Shown here: in pieces, positions 27,956 to 40,036 of the stretch
How the letters are laid out: every line of letters starts with the position of its first letter
Numbering within the stretch: position 1 is the first letter of the stretch
NCBI GenBank assembly: GCA_029953675.1
Contig: JAMWBK010000007.1
Location: 2,148,800 to 2,212,799 of the forward strand
Direction of reading: 5' to 3'
Length of the DNA stretch: 64,000 bases
DNA from: Rhodosorus marinus CCMP1338
Taxonomy: Eukaryota; Plantae; Rhodophyta
The notes under the pieces: model-generated
Database searches by the model: none
Seen by the model: the letters and a program-made list of their open reading frames with translations, nothing else
What the model was told of the DNA's origin: nothing
Made by a program: the position numbers and the translations under genes

Positions 27956-29716
27956 ATGGATGAGATTACTGGATTTGTGGTTGGTGGATGGGCAGCGGGT
28001 CACCGCACCCAGAGGCTGACTCCACTGCGAATGTGTGCAGCCCGGGATGGTGAGAGCTCAAATGCGAATGGGAACGGCGTACCTAACGGCAAAAGCGCAA
28101 ATACGAACGGGAATGGCTTTCCGCGAAACATGACAAATCCATCTGAAGGGCTGGATCAGTTCGTTATCGGGTATTCAGTGGATAAGCTAGGTTGGTGCTC
28201 CGCAACAACAGAGGTCCAAGCGGGTGAATTGGCTGCGACTGTGCTTCCTGAGTCCGCCCCCGAGGTAGAAACAAGACTAACACCGGAAGATGAACTTGAT
28301 GTATGCCCAACCGAGGACGAGTATTGTCCTGAGAAACTCACTCCTAGAGTTATGACACCTTTTTTTGTGGATACGTTTCGAATGTCGTCCGTTTACATCA
28401 ACCTCTTCCGGGACACAACGTTTGTCATCCATATCCCCGGTTGCATACTGGAGGAGCCACTGTTCGAGTCGATTATGGAGGACTTGGCAACTTTGTCGAT
28501 AATTGGCATCAAGCTGGTTCTGGTTCTTGGTCCTAAAAGACAAATTGAGAGGCGCATGGAAGAGTCAAACTTGGAGGAGCGGTTTATTGACGGTGTTAGA
28601 ATCACTGACGAGAAGATGCTGCGCGTGATCAAGGAGAGTGCTGGCGTATTGCTTTTTGAAGTAGAATCCAAACTCTCCAGGGGCGTGGTTAATATTCCCA
28701 CGAAGAACAAGATCTCAGTCGTTTCCGGCAACTTTTACACCGCTCAGCCTATTGGGGTCATTGACGGTGAAGATTTTGGGCACACGGGAAAAGTGCGAAG
28801 GATCGATGTGGAGGCTATTGAAAGGCGATTGGGGCAGCGAGACGTTGTTATGCTCTCGAACGTTGCGTTCTCTCCCTCCGGTGAATCCTTTAACTGCCAA
28901 TCAGAACACGTCGCTGCTGTATGTGCGGGGCAGCTGAAAGCGGAGAAGCTTATATATTTGGGCTCCAATGAAGTTATTTACGACACGGTAACCAAGTCCA
29001 TGGTTCCTAACTTGCCTCTGAGGACTGCAAAAGAATTTCTGGCAATGAACGCTGCTCTGCTGCAGCCTACGTTTCGAATGCGAGTTGAGTCCTGCATTAG
29101 CGCTTTGTCGCATGGTGTCCGACGAGCTCACATTCTCAACAGATTTGTCGATGGCGTTCTAATTATGGAGATTTTTCATCGTGACGGTGTGGGTATCATG
29201 ATTTCCAGGGATCTCTACGAAGGGGTCCGCCCAGCTAGCATATCTGACCTTCCGGGCATTTTCGAGATCATAGAGCCCTTGATGGATCGGGGAGTACTTG
29301 TCGCGCGCTCTCGAGATCAACTCGAAGCCGAGTTTGGTAGCATGGTTGTCGCTGAACGAGATGGAATGATCATTGCTGTGGCCTCCCTGGGAACATTCTC
29401 TGACAGTCCGGAAATGGCGGAGCTCTCATGCTTTGCCGTCCACCCGCAATACCGCCGGAGTGGTAAGGGCGGATCTCTCCTGTCGTATGTTGAGCGTGTA
29501 GCTTATGCCATGGGTATAAGACAGCTCTTCTTGCTCTCTACCCAATCATTTGCCTGGTTCCGTGAAAGAAAATTCTTCGAAGTGGGACTAGACAGGCTGC
29601 CGGAGTCTCGAAAACAAAGGTATAATCATCAGAGAAACTCGAAGGTTTTAATGAAGGACTTGTCTGAAAGCGATGAGCTTGAGGAGCTGCTCATTCAAGT
29701 TCAGGACGAGGTGTGA
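27956..29716 (+). CDS. argA: N-acetylglutamate synthase (amino-acid kinase-like plus GNAT domains), plastid-targeted
   Basis: Intronless 586-aa ORF: DTTFVIHIPG, KLVLVLGPKRQI, GVIDGEDFGHTGKVRRID, AEKLIYL, GVRRAHIL, EIFHRDGVG, ELSCFAVHPQYRRSGKG. N-terminal transit-peptide-like GFV...RMCAA. Confidence 0.92.
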   Translation: MDEITGFVVGGWAAGHRTQRLTPLRMCAARDGESSNANGNGVPNGKSANTNGNGFPRNMTNPSEGLDQFVIGYSVDKLGWCSATTEVQAGELAATVLPESAPEVETRLTPEDELDVCPTEDEYCPEKLTPRVMTPFFVDTFRMSSVYINLFRDTTFVIHIPGCILEEPLFESIMEDLATLSIIGIKLVLVLGPKRQIERRMEESNLEERFIDGVRITDEKMLRVIKESAGVLLFEVESKLSRGVVNIPTKNKISVVSGNFYTAQPIGVIDGEDFGHTGKVRRIDVEAIERRLGQRDVVMLSNVAFSPSGESFNCQSEHVAAVCAGQLKAEKLIYLGSNEVIYDTVTKSMVPNLPLRTAKEFLAMNAALLQPTFRMRVESCISALSHGVRRAHILNRFVDGVLIMEIFHRDGVGIMISRDLYEGVRPASISDLPGIFEIIEPLMDRGVLVARSRDQLEAEFGSMVVAERDGMIIAVASLGTFSDSPEMAELSCFAVHPQYRRSGKGGSLLSYVERVAYAMGIRQLFLLSTQSFAWFRERKFFEVGLDRLPESRKQRYNHQRNSKVLMKDLSESDELEELLIQVQDEV

Positions 29717-29902
29717 AGGGATGGCCTGGGTCGAGTTTGTAGCCAACGCAGACCAGCGTATAGCGGCGGTAGGTAGAATCAGACTGTGGTCTTTCTTATA
29801 AATATGAACATAATATTCGAGCTCAAAGACTGCTAGCCAGAAGACTAGGGATTGAGAACGACTCCTCCAGGTTTAGTTTTTAGCCGTCGAAGGGTTTTAG
29901 AT

Positions 29903-30020
29903 GATTTAACCGATTGCCAGGTGAGCGAATCAGCCCTCCACACCACACTTCCACAACGGGAATGCCCATCAGCAAACCTAAAACCGCACTTTGGTATAGA
30001 GCATATGGTGCATACTTGCA
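29903..30020 (+). repeat. ~118-bp direct repeat, left flank of the Copia complex
   Basis: Near-identical to 34642-34758. Confidence 0.9.
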
Positions 30021-30044
30021 TCCTTGCGAAAACTGACCAGTGCG

Positions 30045-32528
30045 TTAGTTCGCACAACCTGCTCCATATGGCCTCGGAGGATCTACCTGCCGCCCTCTGG
30101 GCTGAACTCGCAAATGCGGCGGTTTACCTTCGCAACCGTGCAGCCACAAGAGTTTTGTGCTATGATATTCCCTATCATAGGCTTTACAGAAAGCTCCCTA
30201 ACTACCGTCACCTAAGATCTTTGGAGCCCAGAGGGAGACAGCACGTGCGAGCAGAAGAACGAACCAAGATTGATCGCACATCAAGACAAGTGTTGGTAGG
30301 TGATGAGGGTAGTAACTATCGCCTGTGGGATGCGGCAAGAGGGATCGTACGAGTCTCTAGCAGCTTTGTGGAAACGGAAACAAGGAGTCTAATACAAGTA
30401 TGAGTGGTACAAGTCCAGCAGGATCCAGAAGAGACAGAAGAGGATGCAGCGGAACCGACATCAGAACACGAGGAACACACCTCCGAAGTGGCTAAGAGCC
30501 CTAAGCTAACGAGAAGCAAGAGGACAAGTAAGAAACTTAATTGGTTTTCAGTCAATCAATCGGAAGCCTTAAGCGCAGCGGCGGCTGACCCAAGCACATA
30601 CCTTGCAGCCGTCAATGGAGTTGACGGGAAGGAGTGGAGAGCTGCGGTGAACAAGGAGCTGGAAGTTCTTGAACGATCAGGCACTTGGCAGTTCTCAGAG
30701 TTACCGGAGGGAAGAAGACCCCTGGCTACAAAGTGGGTCTTCGCAACGAAGAGAGATGCTTCGGGGACACCCACTAAGCGAAAGGCGCGTTTGGTGGCGA
30801 AGGGATTCCTTCAGAGGCGAGGAGTGGACTTCATGGTATATGCACCAGTAGTCCGATCCAGCAGCCTTCGGCTATTACTCTCCTTCGTGGTGCAGAGGAA
30901 GATGCTGCTAAGACAGTTCGATATTGAATCTGCATATCTACATGGGAAATTGGAAGAGAATTTGTACCTTCAAATTCCGGAAGGAGTAACTCCACCAGAT
31001 GAAATGACAAGAGCAGGACTGAATTGATCAAAGCCATCTACGGCCTGAAGAGGGAGGGAGGGTATGGAACCAGACCCTGGACAACAAGTTGCGGAGTATT
31101 GGATTTCAGCCCACGAGACTGGGACCTGCGTGTACCTGAAGAAGGAGTGAACCATGTACATCTCATTGTACGTAGACGATCTCTCCTAGTAGCAGCACCG
31201 GTTATCAAGGACATTGATTGCGTCGTGGGGCTCATCAAGGCGCAATTTCTCGTGAAGGAACTTGGTGAGGCCAGAGACTTACTGGGTGTAAGACGATCGT
31301 ACAACCGGGAACATGGTGTGCTGAAGTTAATCCAGCCAGGATTAGCTCAGTAAATCTAAAACGAAGCAGGTGTAGCGATTTGTTAGTACACCCCTCGACG
31401 CAGGAAACATGGTATGTGCGGATGACGGAAAAGAAATTCGACAAGCGGGTCAGTATCGAACATATTTGCCAGGTACAGGGCCTGTGGGAAAGGCCCTGTA
31501 CCTGGCAAATATGACCCGACTCGATCTAAGCTTCGCGGTGCGGTATCTGGCACAAACCGTAGCATCTCCCACGGAACGAGGATGGAAGAACCTTGTGCAC
31601 CTGTGCAGATACATTGGTACAACGGCAAATGCAGAACTCACGTACAGTACTACTTCGGTGCCTGAAGTCGTTGCTTACAGTGATGCAAGCTTCGGAAACG
31701 AACGAGGAAGAACACAGTGACAGGCTACGCAACTCTACATGGTGGAAATCTGATCAACTGGGGGTCTAAGAAGCAGCGCGTTGTTGCTCAGTCAACTTGC
31801 GAAGCGGAACTAATCGCGGCGAACGAAGGAGGTGGAGATGCTAAAAGGGCGTATAACCTCCTGTATGAGTTGGGCGGAGAGACTCAAACACCCCTCATAA
31901 GAGTGGACAACAGTGGGGCCTTGGCGTCGATAACGACCAAAGGAGTGACTCCGAGAACAAGGCACCTGGAAATCAAGCAGCTATGGCTACAATATCAAAC
32001 CCAACAGGGGAACTTGAGGATAGAGTATTGCCCGACGGAACACACATGATTGCTGACCACCTGACGAAGACTATTACCGGCAAACGTATGAGAGAACTCA
32101 CAAACATGAGCGCGTTAAAGTTGGATACTTGTCTGAGGGGGAGGATGTTGGACCAGAAGCATTCGAGCATCCAATTATACACACAAGTGGGAAGAGAGCG
32201 CATTGGATCTGAGGAATGAAGGCTCACCTAGAGCGTGGAGACCTGAAATAGGATCATCAGAGGTAACCGGTGTTCTTGATAGGCCTATACTGCGTAGTGT
32301 AGTATGAAATCGTATCCGATATCGTGGATGCTATTTTTGGTTTTGTTCTTAATGCCACATCGAAGGGTAACCTAGATTTAGATTTAGGCTCAGGGTATCG
32401 AAGCCTAGCTTCGGTACTTAAACGGAAGTTGCACATTGTAGTAGAAAGGTAGCTTGAAGTAAAGGCGACGAAGGTCCAGGGTTATCCAGGAAGACATCGG
32501 TCTGAGCTTTGCGGTGAGCAAGACAACA
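30045..32528 (+). mobile_element. Ty1/Copia LTR retrotransposon, 3' half (integrase C-terminus, RT, RNase H, PPT, 3' LTR), frameshifted
   Basis: LPAALWAELANAAVYLRNR; KWVFATKR..RKARLVAKGFLQ..VYAPVVR; FDIESAYLHG; IKAIYGLK; out-of-frame LYVDD; YSDASFG; WGSKKQRVVAQSTCEAELIAA; RTRHLEIK; PPT GAGGGGGAGGA at 32135-32145. Confidence 0.92.
32146..32528 (+). repeat. LTR (TG...CA, 383 bp)
   Basis: Starts TGTTGG right after the PPT and ends GACAACA; homologous to the inverted copy at 34207-34641. Confidence 0.92.
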
Positions 32529-32595
32529 ATTAACAAGAGTGAGGCCGTGGCCGAAATTGCATCATTAGTACGACAATTTCGGAATCAACTGGATA

Positions 32596-34641
32596 AGAAG
32601 GGACGAACTCGCCTCCATTCTCAGTGCGCAGCTTTAGTACCTTCGTATCCAGTTGATTCCGAATTGTCGTACTAATGATGCAATTTCGGCCACGTCCTCA
32701 CTCTTGTTCTCCAGGAATCTTATCCAGCTATACCTTGTGTGGTCGTCGGTGACTAGTAAGAAGTATCGCTTCCCTCCGATTCACTTCTCGGGAAATGGTC
32801 CACACAGGTCGATGTGCCACAACTGCCCGGCCTCCCGGGTTCGTTGAGAGTTCACTGGTGCGCGGCTCGTGTACCATCCGTGCTGCTTGGCACGCGTCAC
32901 AGACTTCATCCTGTGACATATCCGTGGATGAAAGTACTCCCGCTTTGATCATCTTCTTTAGGACGTCCTTCCCGGCATGTCCCAACTTACGATGCCAACT
33001 CATCAGCGTGTTGTCTATCTCCTCAGTTTTGGCTACATAGCCGCAATCGTTTCCTGGCACATCCAGAATTCTGATGCGCCCGTCAGAAGTCCCTTGTGCA
33101 ACTAAGTGACCGTCTCGTATCTCATATCGCAACTTTCGGGTTGAAGCGAACCTCATAACCCTTCTTTGTCAGTACCCTTACTGACAAGACGTTGCCCGTC
33201 GCCTATGGTGCATAGAGTACGTTCCGGATTTCATACTCCACTCCCATCATTTCACAGGAACGGAGCCCGCCTCCTTTGCTGTGCATTCAGCACCACCTGC
33301 TATGCGGACCCTAAGTGGGTCAATCATATTCAACTCCACGAAATAATTCCTTTCGGGCGTCATATGGTGACTCGCCTCGGAGTCCACCAACCAGCTCGAT
33401 ATCTCCCCCGGATCGCAGCGTGATTCACTGACTTCGGCGGTCATTACTTCTCTTTGACCCCTTCTCCCCTCATTGTCTGGTAGTCTCCTCCGGCATTCTT
33501 TCTTCCAATGTCATGCATTTCCGCAGTAATGGCATTTGCCGAATTTCTTGGTGATCTCTTTTGCGCTGCCATTGCCGTCGCTTCGGGCCTTCTATCAACT
33601 TCTCTGTTTCGATGCGCCCGGCCTTGCTCCTCCGCAAGGAGCTTCTCTGTGACCTCAGCGACCATTGGAACATCCCTCTGACTTCGTTGGATTTCGGCAA
33701 AGGTTTCGTAGTCTCTCGGAAGACTTTTCAACAAACAGAAAATTGCCTGTGTGTTGTTGACGTCTTCCCCAAGCAGCTCGAACTCCATTCTGATACAGTT
33801 AAATTTCTTCACGTTTTCTCTCATCCCGATCTCGGAATCCATTTCGAAAGAATGAAAGGAATCGATAAGGCGGAATTTGTTCTCAATCCTAGCGGATCTG
33901 AAAACCTTTTGCAATTCCGTCCACAATTTCCCAGCGTGGTCGCCACACCTCATCGCGTAGTCAATGTACTCTGTCCCCATCAACTCGACCATCAAATTCA
34001 ATGCCGTATCACTAGCCTCCGTTCCAACGCAATGTTTTTCTCCTTCTGTTAGAGCCTCCAGGACAGCCGCACCTCGCTTCTTCGAAGCCCTCTTTATCCG
34101 GAAAGCCCATTCCGGATAGTTTACTTCGGTCAGTTTAGGAATCAACTACCTTTCCTCAGAAAGCACCTTTGTGTCCAGGTCTTGAACTCTGGGATCATAA
34201 CCCAATTGTTGTCTTGCTCACCGCAAAGCTCAGACCGATGTCTTCCTGGATAACCTTGGACCTTCGTCGCCTTTACTTCAAGCTACCCTTCTACTACAAC
34301 GTGCAACTTCAGTTTAAGCACCGAAGCTAGTCTTCGATACCCTGAGCCTAAATCTAAATCTAGGTTACCCTTCGATGTGGCACTAAGAACAAAACCAAAA
34401 ATAGCATCCACGATATCGGATACGATTATGAAATATGAACTACACTACGCAGTATAGGCCTATCAGGAACACAGGCTACCTCTGATGATCCTATTTCAGG
34501 TTTCCACGCTGAGGCTTCATTCTTCAGATCCAATGCTCTCCTCCCGTTCGAGGGTCGAACAGTCCTCAAGTGGGAAGAGAGCCAATTCCCTCTCTTCCCA
34601 CTTGTGTGTGTAATTGGATCTTGAATGCTTCCGGTCCAACA
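32596..34641 (-). mobile_element. Ty1/Copia 5' half in opposite orientation (5' LTR, PBS, gag, protease, GAG-pre-integrase, integrase N-part)
   Basis: gag IPKLTEVNYPEWAFRIK (33444-34145); protease WLVDSEASHHM; WHRKLGH...CDACQ; integrase ending KLRTENGGEF. Confidence 0.92.
34207..34641 (-). repeat. LTR (435 bp), minus strand, with an internal fold-back insertion
   Basis: Reverse complement of the 32146-32528 LTR with scattered substitutions and about 50 extra bp. Confidence 0.92.
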
Positions 34642-34758
34642 GATTTGACCGATTGCCAGGAGAGCGAATCAGGTCTCCAACACCACACTTCCACAACGGG
34701 AATGCCCATCAGCAAATAAAACCGCACTTTGGTATAGAGCATACGGTGCATACTTGCA
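34642..34758 (+). repeat. ~118-bp direct repeat, right flank of the Copia complex
   Basis: Near-identical to 29903-30020; abuts the LTR terminus. Confidence 0.9.
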
Positions 34759-35053
34759 GGGCAGTCCCCCTCTTATAACGTTTTCAACCTTTTGCCTACC
34801 ACCCCATCAAATATGGGAGAGAAGTGACCCCTTAGTGCGTGTTCGGTATCCTATCTACTTAAGAATCAGTTTCTTTTTGAATGATGAACGGTTGCGTCCG
34901 TTGGCTGTCAGGCGAGAATTTGAACTGAGCTAGGTGTGGATTGCCTTGTGGACGGGACCGCAAGCTGCAAGCCTCTTTTCCTCTTTGCTACTGTTTTTCA
35001 AAGCGGGGTGCAAGGCGGCCCTCGAGAAGCTTGTTTGTGGGAAACCGTGAGAC

Positions 35054-35545
35054 ATGGCAGATGTATCGTCCGAAGCCGCTGAGTTCGTCGACGAGTTTGA
35101 CGATATTGCGCAGAGGGTGGATGATTCGGATGCACTGTCGAAGTTAGCTGAAAGCGATGCTCCGTACCCTCGGAAGGATGGGAATGCAACGACAGATGAT
35201 ATTGTTGGAGACCATATCCGGAGACTGGCGACACCTGTGCTTTGCATGGTCAAGCGCAGGCCCGGGGAAAGGGACTACCGTCTAATCCCGGTGGAGGGTC
35301 GCACAACTAAGAATGAGATGATCGATGACGAAAACATCTTCCTGCTGAACACTGGCCCTGAGGTCTGCATTTATGCTGGAAAGAATGTGAGAACGGTTGA
35401 CCTAAAGTATCTCGTCAACTCTACTCCTGAACTCTTCGAGAAGGCCTCGATCGAAAAGGGGGCCACTGTTTCTGTGTTTTTACCAAAAAGCGATTCCGCA
35501 AGATTCCTTCTTCGACTGGAAAGGTATGCAGCGCCTCCAAGATAA
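35054..35545 (+). CDS. Small single gelsolin-like-domain protein
   Basis: ENIFLLNTGPEVCIYAGKN resembles the gelsolin-repeat core (DVFILDxGxxIYxWxG); acidic N-terminus. Confidence 0.5.
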   Translation: MADVSSEAAEFVDEFDDIAQRVDDSDALSKLAESDAPYPRKDGNATTDDIVGDHIRRLATPVLCMVKRRPGERDYRLIPVEGRTTKNEMIDDENIFLLNTGPEVCIYAGKNVRTVDLKYLVNSTPELFEKASIEKGATVSVFLPKSDSARFLLRLERYAAPPR

Positions 35546-36316
35546 GCGAGAAGTTCTATGCGTTGTACAGGATCCCGCGGAGTTGCGGTGAAAGCTTTTC
35601 CTCGTATCCTTCCCTTCATATGTCATGGAAATTGTGCTGGCTTGACAGCTCATCCGCTCTGATTGAGATGATTCTACAGTGATAAGTGTACCTGCCAGAT
35701 TTGTTTTGTGCGCTGGAGAAGCTAGGTCATGGTCGGATCGGGAATGTTCAATCGAATGAATTACTTCGGAAAACCCTAAGCTGCGAAAAGTTTACCCTTC
35801 ACCCACCCGCAATATCCCATCTGGTGCTATTCTCCAGAAAACAGTGCCTCTGTCTGATCCCTTTTGAGCGGTCACATCATCAGCTGGCGCTTCCGAACGA
35901 TTGTGAGCCGATGTGTTCCAGGCACTGTTTGAAAAAGGACTAAAAATTGCCTTTGTCCTCTGGCGTACGATCAAGACTAGCGTTTGATGTATACTTGCAA
36001 CGGCTATAGTATGTAACTGTCTATATGCAAGGCGGTACCCGTGCAGGTGTGTGGCAATGAAAACGGTTCAGGTTGATCATCATGTCAGCTTCCTTTCTTT
36101 ACCACTAGCTTGTCAAACGTAGATTTGCAGAACCACTTTTCAACCCATAACATTCCAGGATGGAACCAACCGGTTTTGCTCAGGTTGGCGAGCGCCGCGA
36201 TCTGAAGCGATCTGAAGCGATCTGAAAATTCTCATCAAGGAAAGGCTTAGAACCGCTAGATACAATCACCTGCTCCAAAACCGTTCACCTTGAAAGCGAT
36301 CGTCCGTGGACGAGAA

Positions 36317-36625
36317 TTACTGCCGAGCAATCAACCAGATGATGAGTGAGGAAACGAGAACACCACCCAACATCGCAACGATCAAAGCAAGCGATTCAAA
36401 GCTAACGTTCGTTATTGGCCCGATATCGAGTGTTAGTCGAACTGTAGCATCGGCTATTGGGCCATGGCCCAACACCGCCTTGCCGCCGAAACCCATTCCG
36501 TCTACAGCGGAATGTGCGCTCATCTGCAGAGTGCTTGACCTACGAGCTCCATTTCGATTGCATCTGAGCTTCTCGCCGTTCCTTCCGAACAGAGCAGAAC
36601 CGCTCGATACAAACGCACAATCCAT
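36317..36625 (-). CDS. Small plastid-targeted protein with one C-terminal TM helix (102 aa)
   Basis: MDCAFVSSGSALFGR...LQMSA transit-peptide pattern; C-terminal LALIVAMLGGVLVSSLIIWLIARQ. Confidence 0.55.
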   Translation of the reverse strand: MDCAFVSSGSALFGRNGEKLRCNRNGARRSSTLQMSAHSAVDGMGFGGKAVLGHGPIADATVRLTLDIGPITNVSFESLALIVAMLGGVLVSSLIIWLIARQ

Positions 36626-39381
36626 GGTCAGCAATAATCGATCGCTCGCCCCGCAGTGCCCGATGAACACGACGAGCTAGGACTCTGGCGCAAAAACAAG
36701 ATGGATCTCCACCGGCCTTTCCCTTTACCCACACCCGTCAACTCCAAATCCCTGCAAGCCAAGCCAAGACCGTTTTCTAGAACCTGTGCAGAATTACCGC
36801 TCGCAGTAATCAAGTCGCGACTGAGTTCCTCACCACGATCATCCATAGTCACATGAAGATCTAATCTGCCCTAAAAGCGGATGCCGGCTGGGCGTGCCCC
36901 AATTGCACAGCTCATCTCATCGACCAGATTTTTTGGAGAAACAACTTTTTCTTGCGGAACTACGATAAAACACGATATGAGTGGAAATAGACGAGAAAGC
37001 GATCGGATATACAATGTGTTCATATTTGCAGCGTTGGTGCACGGTCCAATAGCAGTAGAAAATTTCGACCGCGCAGTACCAAGGCTACGCTCTATCGCTC
37101 TCTCGTAGTCCTTCGCATTTTCCTTTTGACTTCGGTTTACTTTGTCATTTACTACTAGACTGGGGCCAATTTATAAGACTAGGTGACCCGCTTGACCCCC
37201 TTTGATGCACCCGCTTGACCCACCTTGATGTATATTTAATTCATGCCCTATGGTAGTATCGTTATTATTTCTAAAATAGGCTATTTTGAAGTACATTCGT
37301 ATTATGAAGAAAATCCATCGTCCTATCATTATATTGAATTATTAAACTGAAATTCACGATCCTATAGGTTTTGAAGGACATACTTGATTGCTTCCTGAAA
37401 AGCTTAAGAGCAGAAATTCACGGAACGTTCGCTTTTCCTCAGGGTAGTTAGGCTCTGAATGAACGGATGATGCGACTGCATACAAGATTGCAACTTTGAG
37501 GTAGAGTCAATGCGAACTGGGCAAGCAACGGTTTAACCAGCTCCCAGAACGGAAGTAGGAAAGGAAGACCTGAAAACAAATTCTGTACCGAAAGTTGATG
37601 AGTTCGGTACTTAGGACATCTTGATCCTGATATCCTGGACACGATCTTAGAGGAGAAAGCCAAGCTGGGAGAAAACGAAGAGATACTTAGCATTCCTGGG
37701 CATCCGCCTCTCAAACGTTTTGCAGAGCCAAGGAAGCAAGATGGAGATCGAACAGGTCCTGAAATAATTCGAGGAATCAAGGAACCGGAGTAGAAAAGTC
37801 AATCTTGACTACTTTTAGTAATACAACCTCATCAGTGTGTATTCAGAGACAACAAACCTGAGCGCATGAAAACTAAGACAAACAGTGAGAGTAGAAGAGA
37901 TGCTCACCAACAGAAAGCAGTGAAAATTACGATCTCAACGCTGATTGGTTTGTGGCAAGCCACAAACCAAACATAAGCACGCCAAGAAAAAGATGCCACA
38001 GCCAGCTTCTCCGGGGAACCTCTCAACCTCAGCTCTTCTGGTTGCCACCGATTACAATAAGGAACGTGTTTAACAAGCACAGTACATCTCAACTCTCTAA
38101 ACACGACTAGCTCTTCGCTTGATCAAGGGGTGATGATAAAACAATAGTTAAAACGTCAGATGCGAAGCCGCAGACGGATGTACAATTCAACCACACCTCC
38201 GCCATAGCATCCTTGTTCGACGATATTCAGTGTTCTTGCTCCCTTAACCATCCAACAGAAGCGACCTTAAAAGCTCGAACCATCGATTTCACAACTGAGC
38301 TGCTCCTAGAGGCTCGTACCGAAGCACACCTTGGCATAGGGCCATAGGGCTCGCATACGGCCTTGTATAGGGCTGCTATAGGGCATCAAAATTTGACTGG
38401 CCCGTTGGAATCGACAATTTGAGCATAGGATAGTGCATATTTTAGGACAAGCTGTTGAAATTTGTACCGCAATATTCATAGGGCTAATAGGGCATTTGCC
38501 ACCTTAGATCCTTAGATCCTTTTTCCAAAACGAGTAAGTTCTCCTGGCATATGCATATCCGACACGAGTAGATCATATATGCTTAAAGGTAAAGCATATG
38601 TTCATGACCATAGTAAATCGGGGTATTTTTGAAAGTCGCCTACGAGGCGCACGCGGCGTGAGCTAACCAATTATTTGTCTTTGGCCATAATCGTTTCATT
38701 ACATATCCACGCCCGAGGTGGGACGGTGGGTAAGCGGCGTAATCTTCGCCGGCTCCATTTGTTTTGCGGGTTGCAATACCTTTTTTTACCCACACACAAT
38801 GTCATTGCGCACTTCCCTTTCCTAGGGGGCGGATGGGTACTTTCTGTGGTGGTGACATGCTCTGTTTGTCCGAGGCCGAGGACAGTTTTTCTATGCGTAC
38901 AAAGTGGAGAGGGCATGCATATTTTCCTCAACCGAACCTTGGGTTCTCTTGTCCCATGTCCTTCCAGCTTTTATTCTCACAGAGGATATTGGGATTCAGC
39001 CTCCGATTGGATCCAGCAAGGTAGTACCGGATCGTTTGCTTCCCTATTTCTGCAAGTGTAATAGTGTAAACTGCTTTGGGCTTCAATGCCGCTCTCGGTC
39101 AGGCTGAACCCCTCCTCTCCGTATGATTGATTGGGACGCGCAGGAACTAGTTGGTTAGGAAATGCGGAGGGGTGATCGGGGAGTTTGCTAAAGACTCAAA
39201 TTAATGTGGACGGAAAGTGCTTTTCTGGGCCTACGGTGAGATTTCTTGAGGTTGGAGCGGTGCATTCGAGTCGCGCAGCTATTTGTGCGGAAAACACGCC
39301 CGTCAAGGTGAACGCTAGACTAGCGCAAAGGCGACACTGTCACGAAGGTGGGTTTGCTAGTGTGTGGAATCTCCATTCAGT

Positions 39382-40036
39382 ATGCTCAGGGTCAAAGGTG
39401 GTGTGCAAGCCGGGCGAGTGGGCTTTTCACGCGGATTCCATTCTTCCTCAACTACCATGAGTCGGCTGCGGAACTATAGAGAATGGCATCCAAATAACCA
39501 ATGGGAACCCCCGAGGCATCTCACGTACGAGGCCCTTCCACTAGATGAGGCAATGATAAAACCGGGGACCCATTGGTCACCGCCCCGGGGTGGTTACGAT
39601 CATCTTCCGTTTCGGGTGCGTCCAACCGCAGAATCTTCGCATACGGCGAAGAGCGCCTTCTCCTCGCGAGGACAGAAATTACTTGGCGACTGAAGCAAAA
39701 CGTACTCTGTGGTTCTAGGTTTTCAGGACTTTTCATAGGCAGCTTCCAGTCTACAATGACCGCCGTGGAAATGGACATCAGAGAACTATCCTGAGGCGGT
39801 TTAGGGGGGACATCAAGGTGTGTTTCCCGAAATTTCTTTTGACAGGGTCTTCTAAAGAGGTTCTGATTCTGTGGTCTCCGGCTCCTCAAATCCCGTCCGT
39901 TGTCCCCCAGGCTCTTGTCAGAGAAATGTCGAAAGTGTGTGACGATAGGAAGATAGTCATCCACGAAGGAAAGCTGGAAGTCAGTGGAGCCTACCGGCAG
40001 AACCTGATCTGCTGGCTCAAGAGACTTGGTTTTTGA
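39382..40036 (+). CDS. MRPL49: Mitochondrial ribosomal protein mL49 (Img2), multi-exon
   Basis: Presequence-like N-terminus; HLPFRV; QLPVYNDRRGNGHQRTILRRFRGDIK; GKLEVSG...WLKRLGF* C-terminus. The exact splice path in the middle is unresolved. Confidence 0.7.

Noticed and set aside
38336-38492. Cluster of ATAGGG motifs resembling degenerate TTAGGG
   Set aside because: Irregular spacing and unrelated to the 16-bp terminal unit; probably low-complexity or TE-derived
39818-40036. SUI1/eIF1-like call for this ORF
   Set aside because: The upstream LPVY motif and WLxxLGF terminus fit mL49/Img2 better
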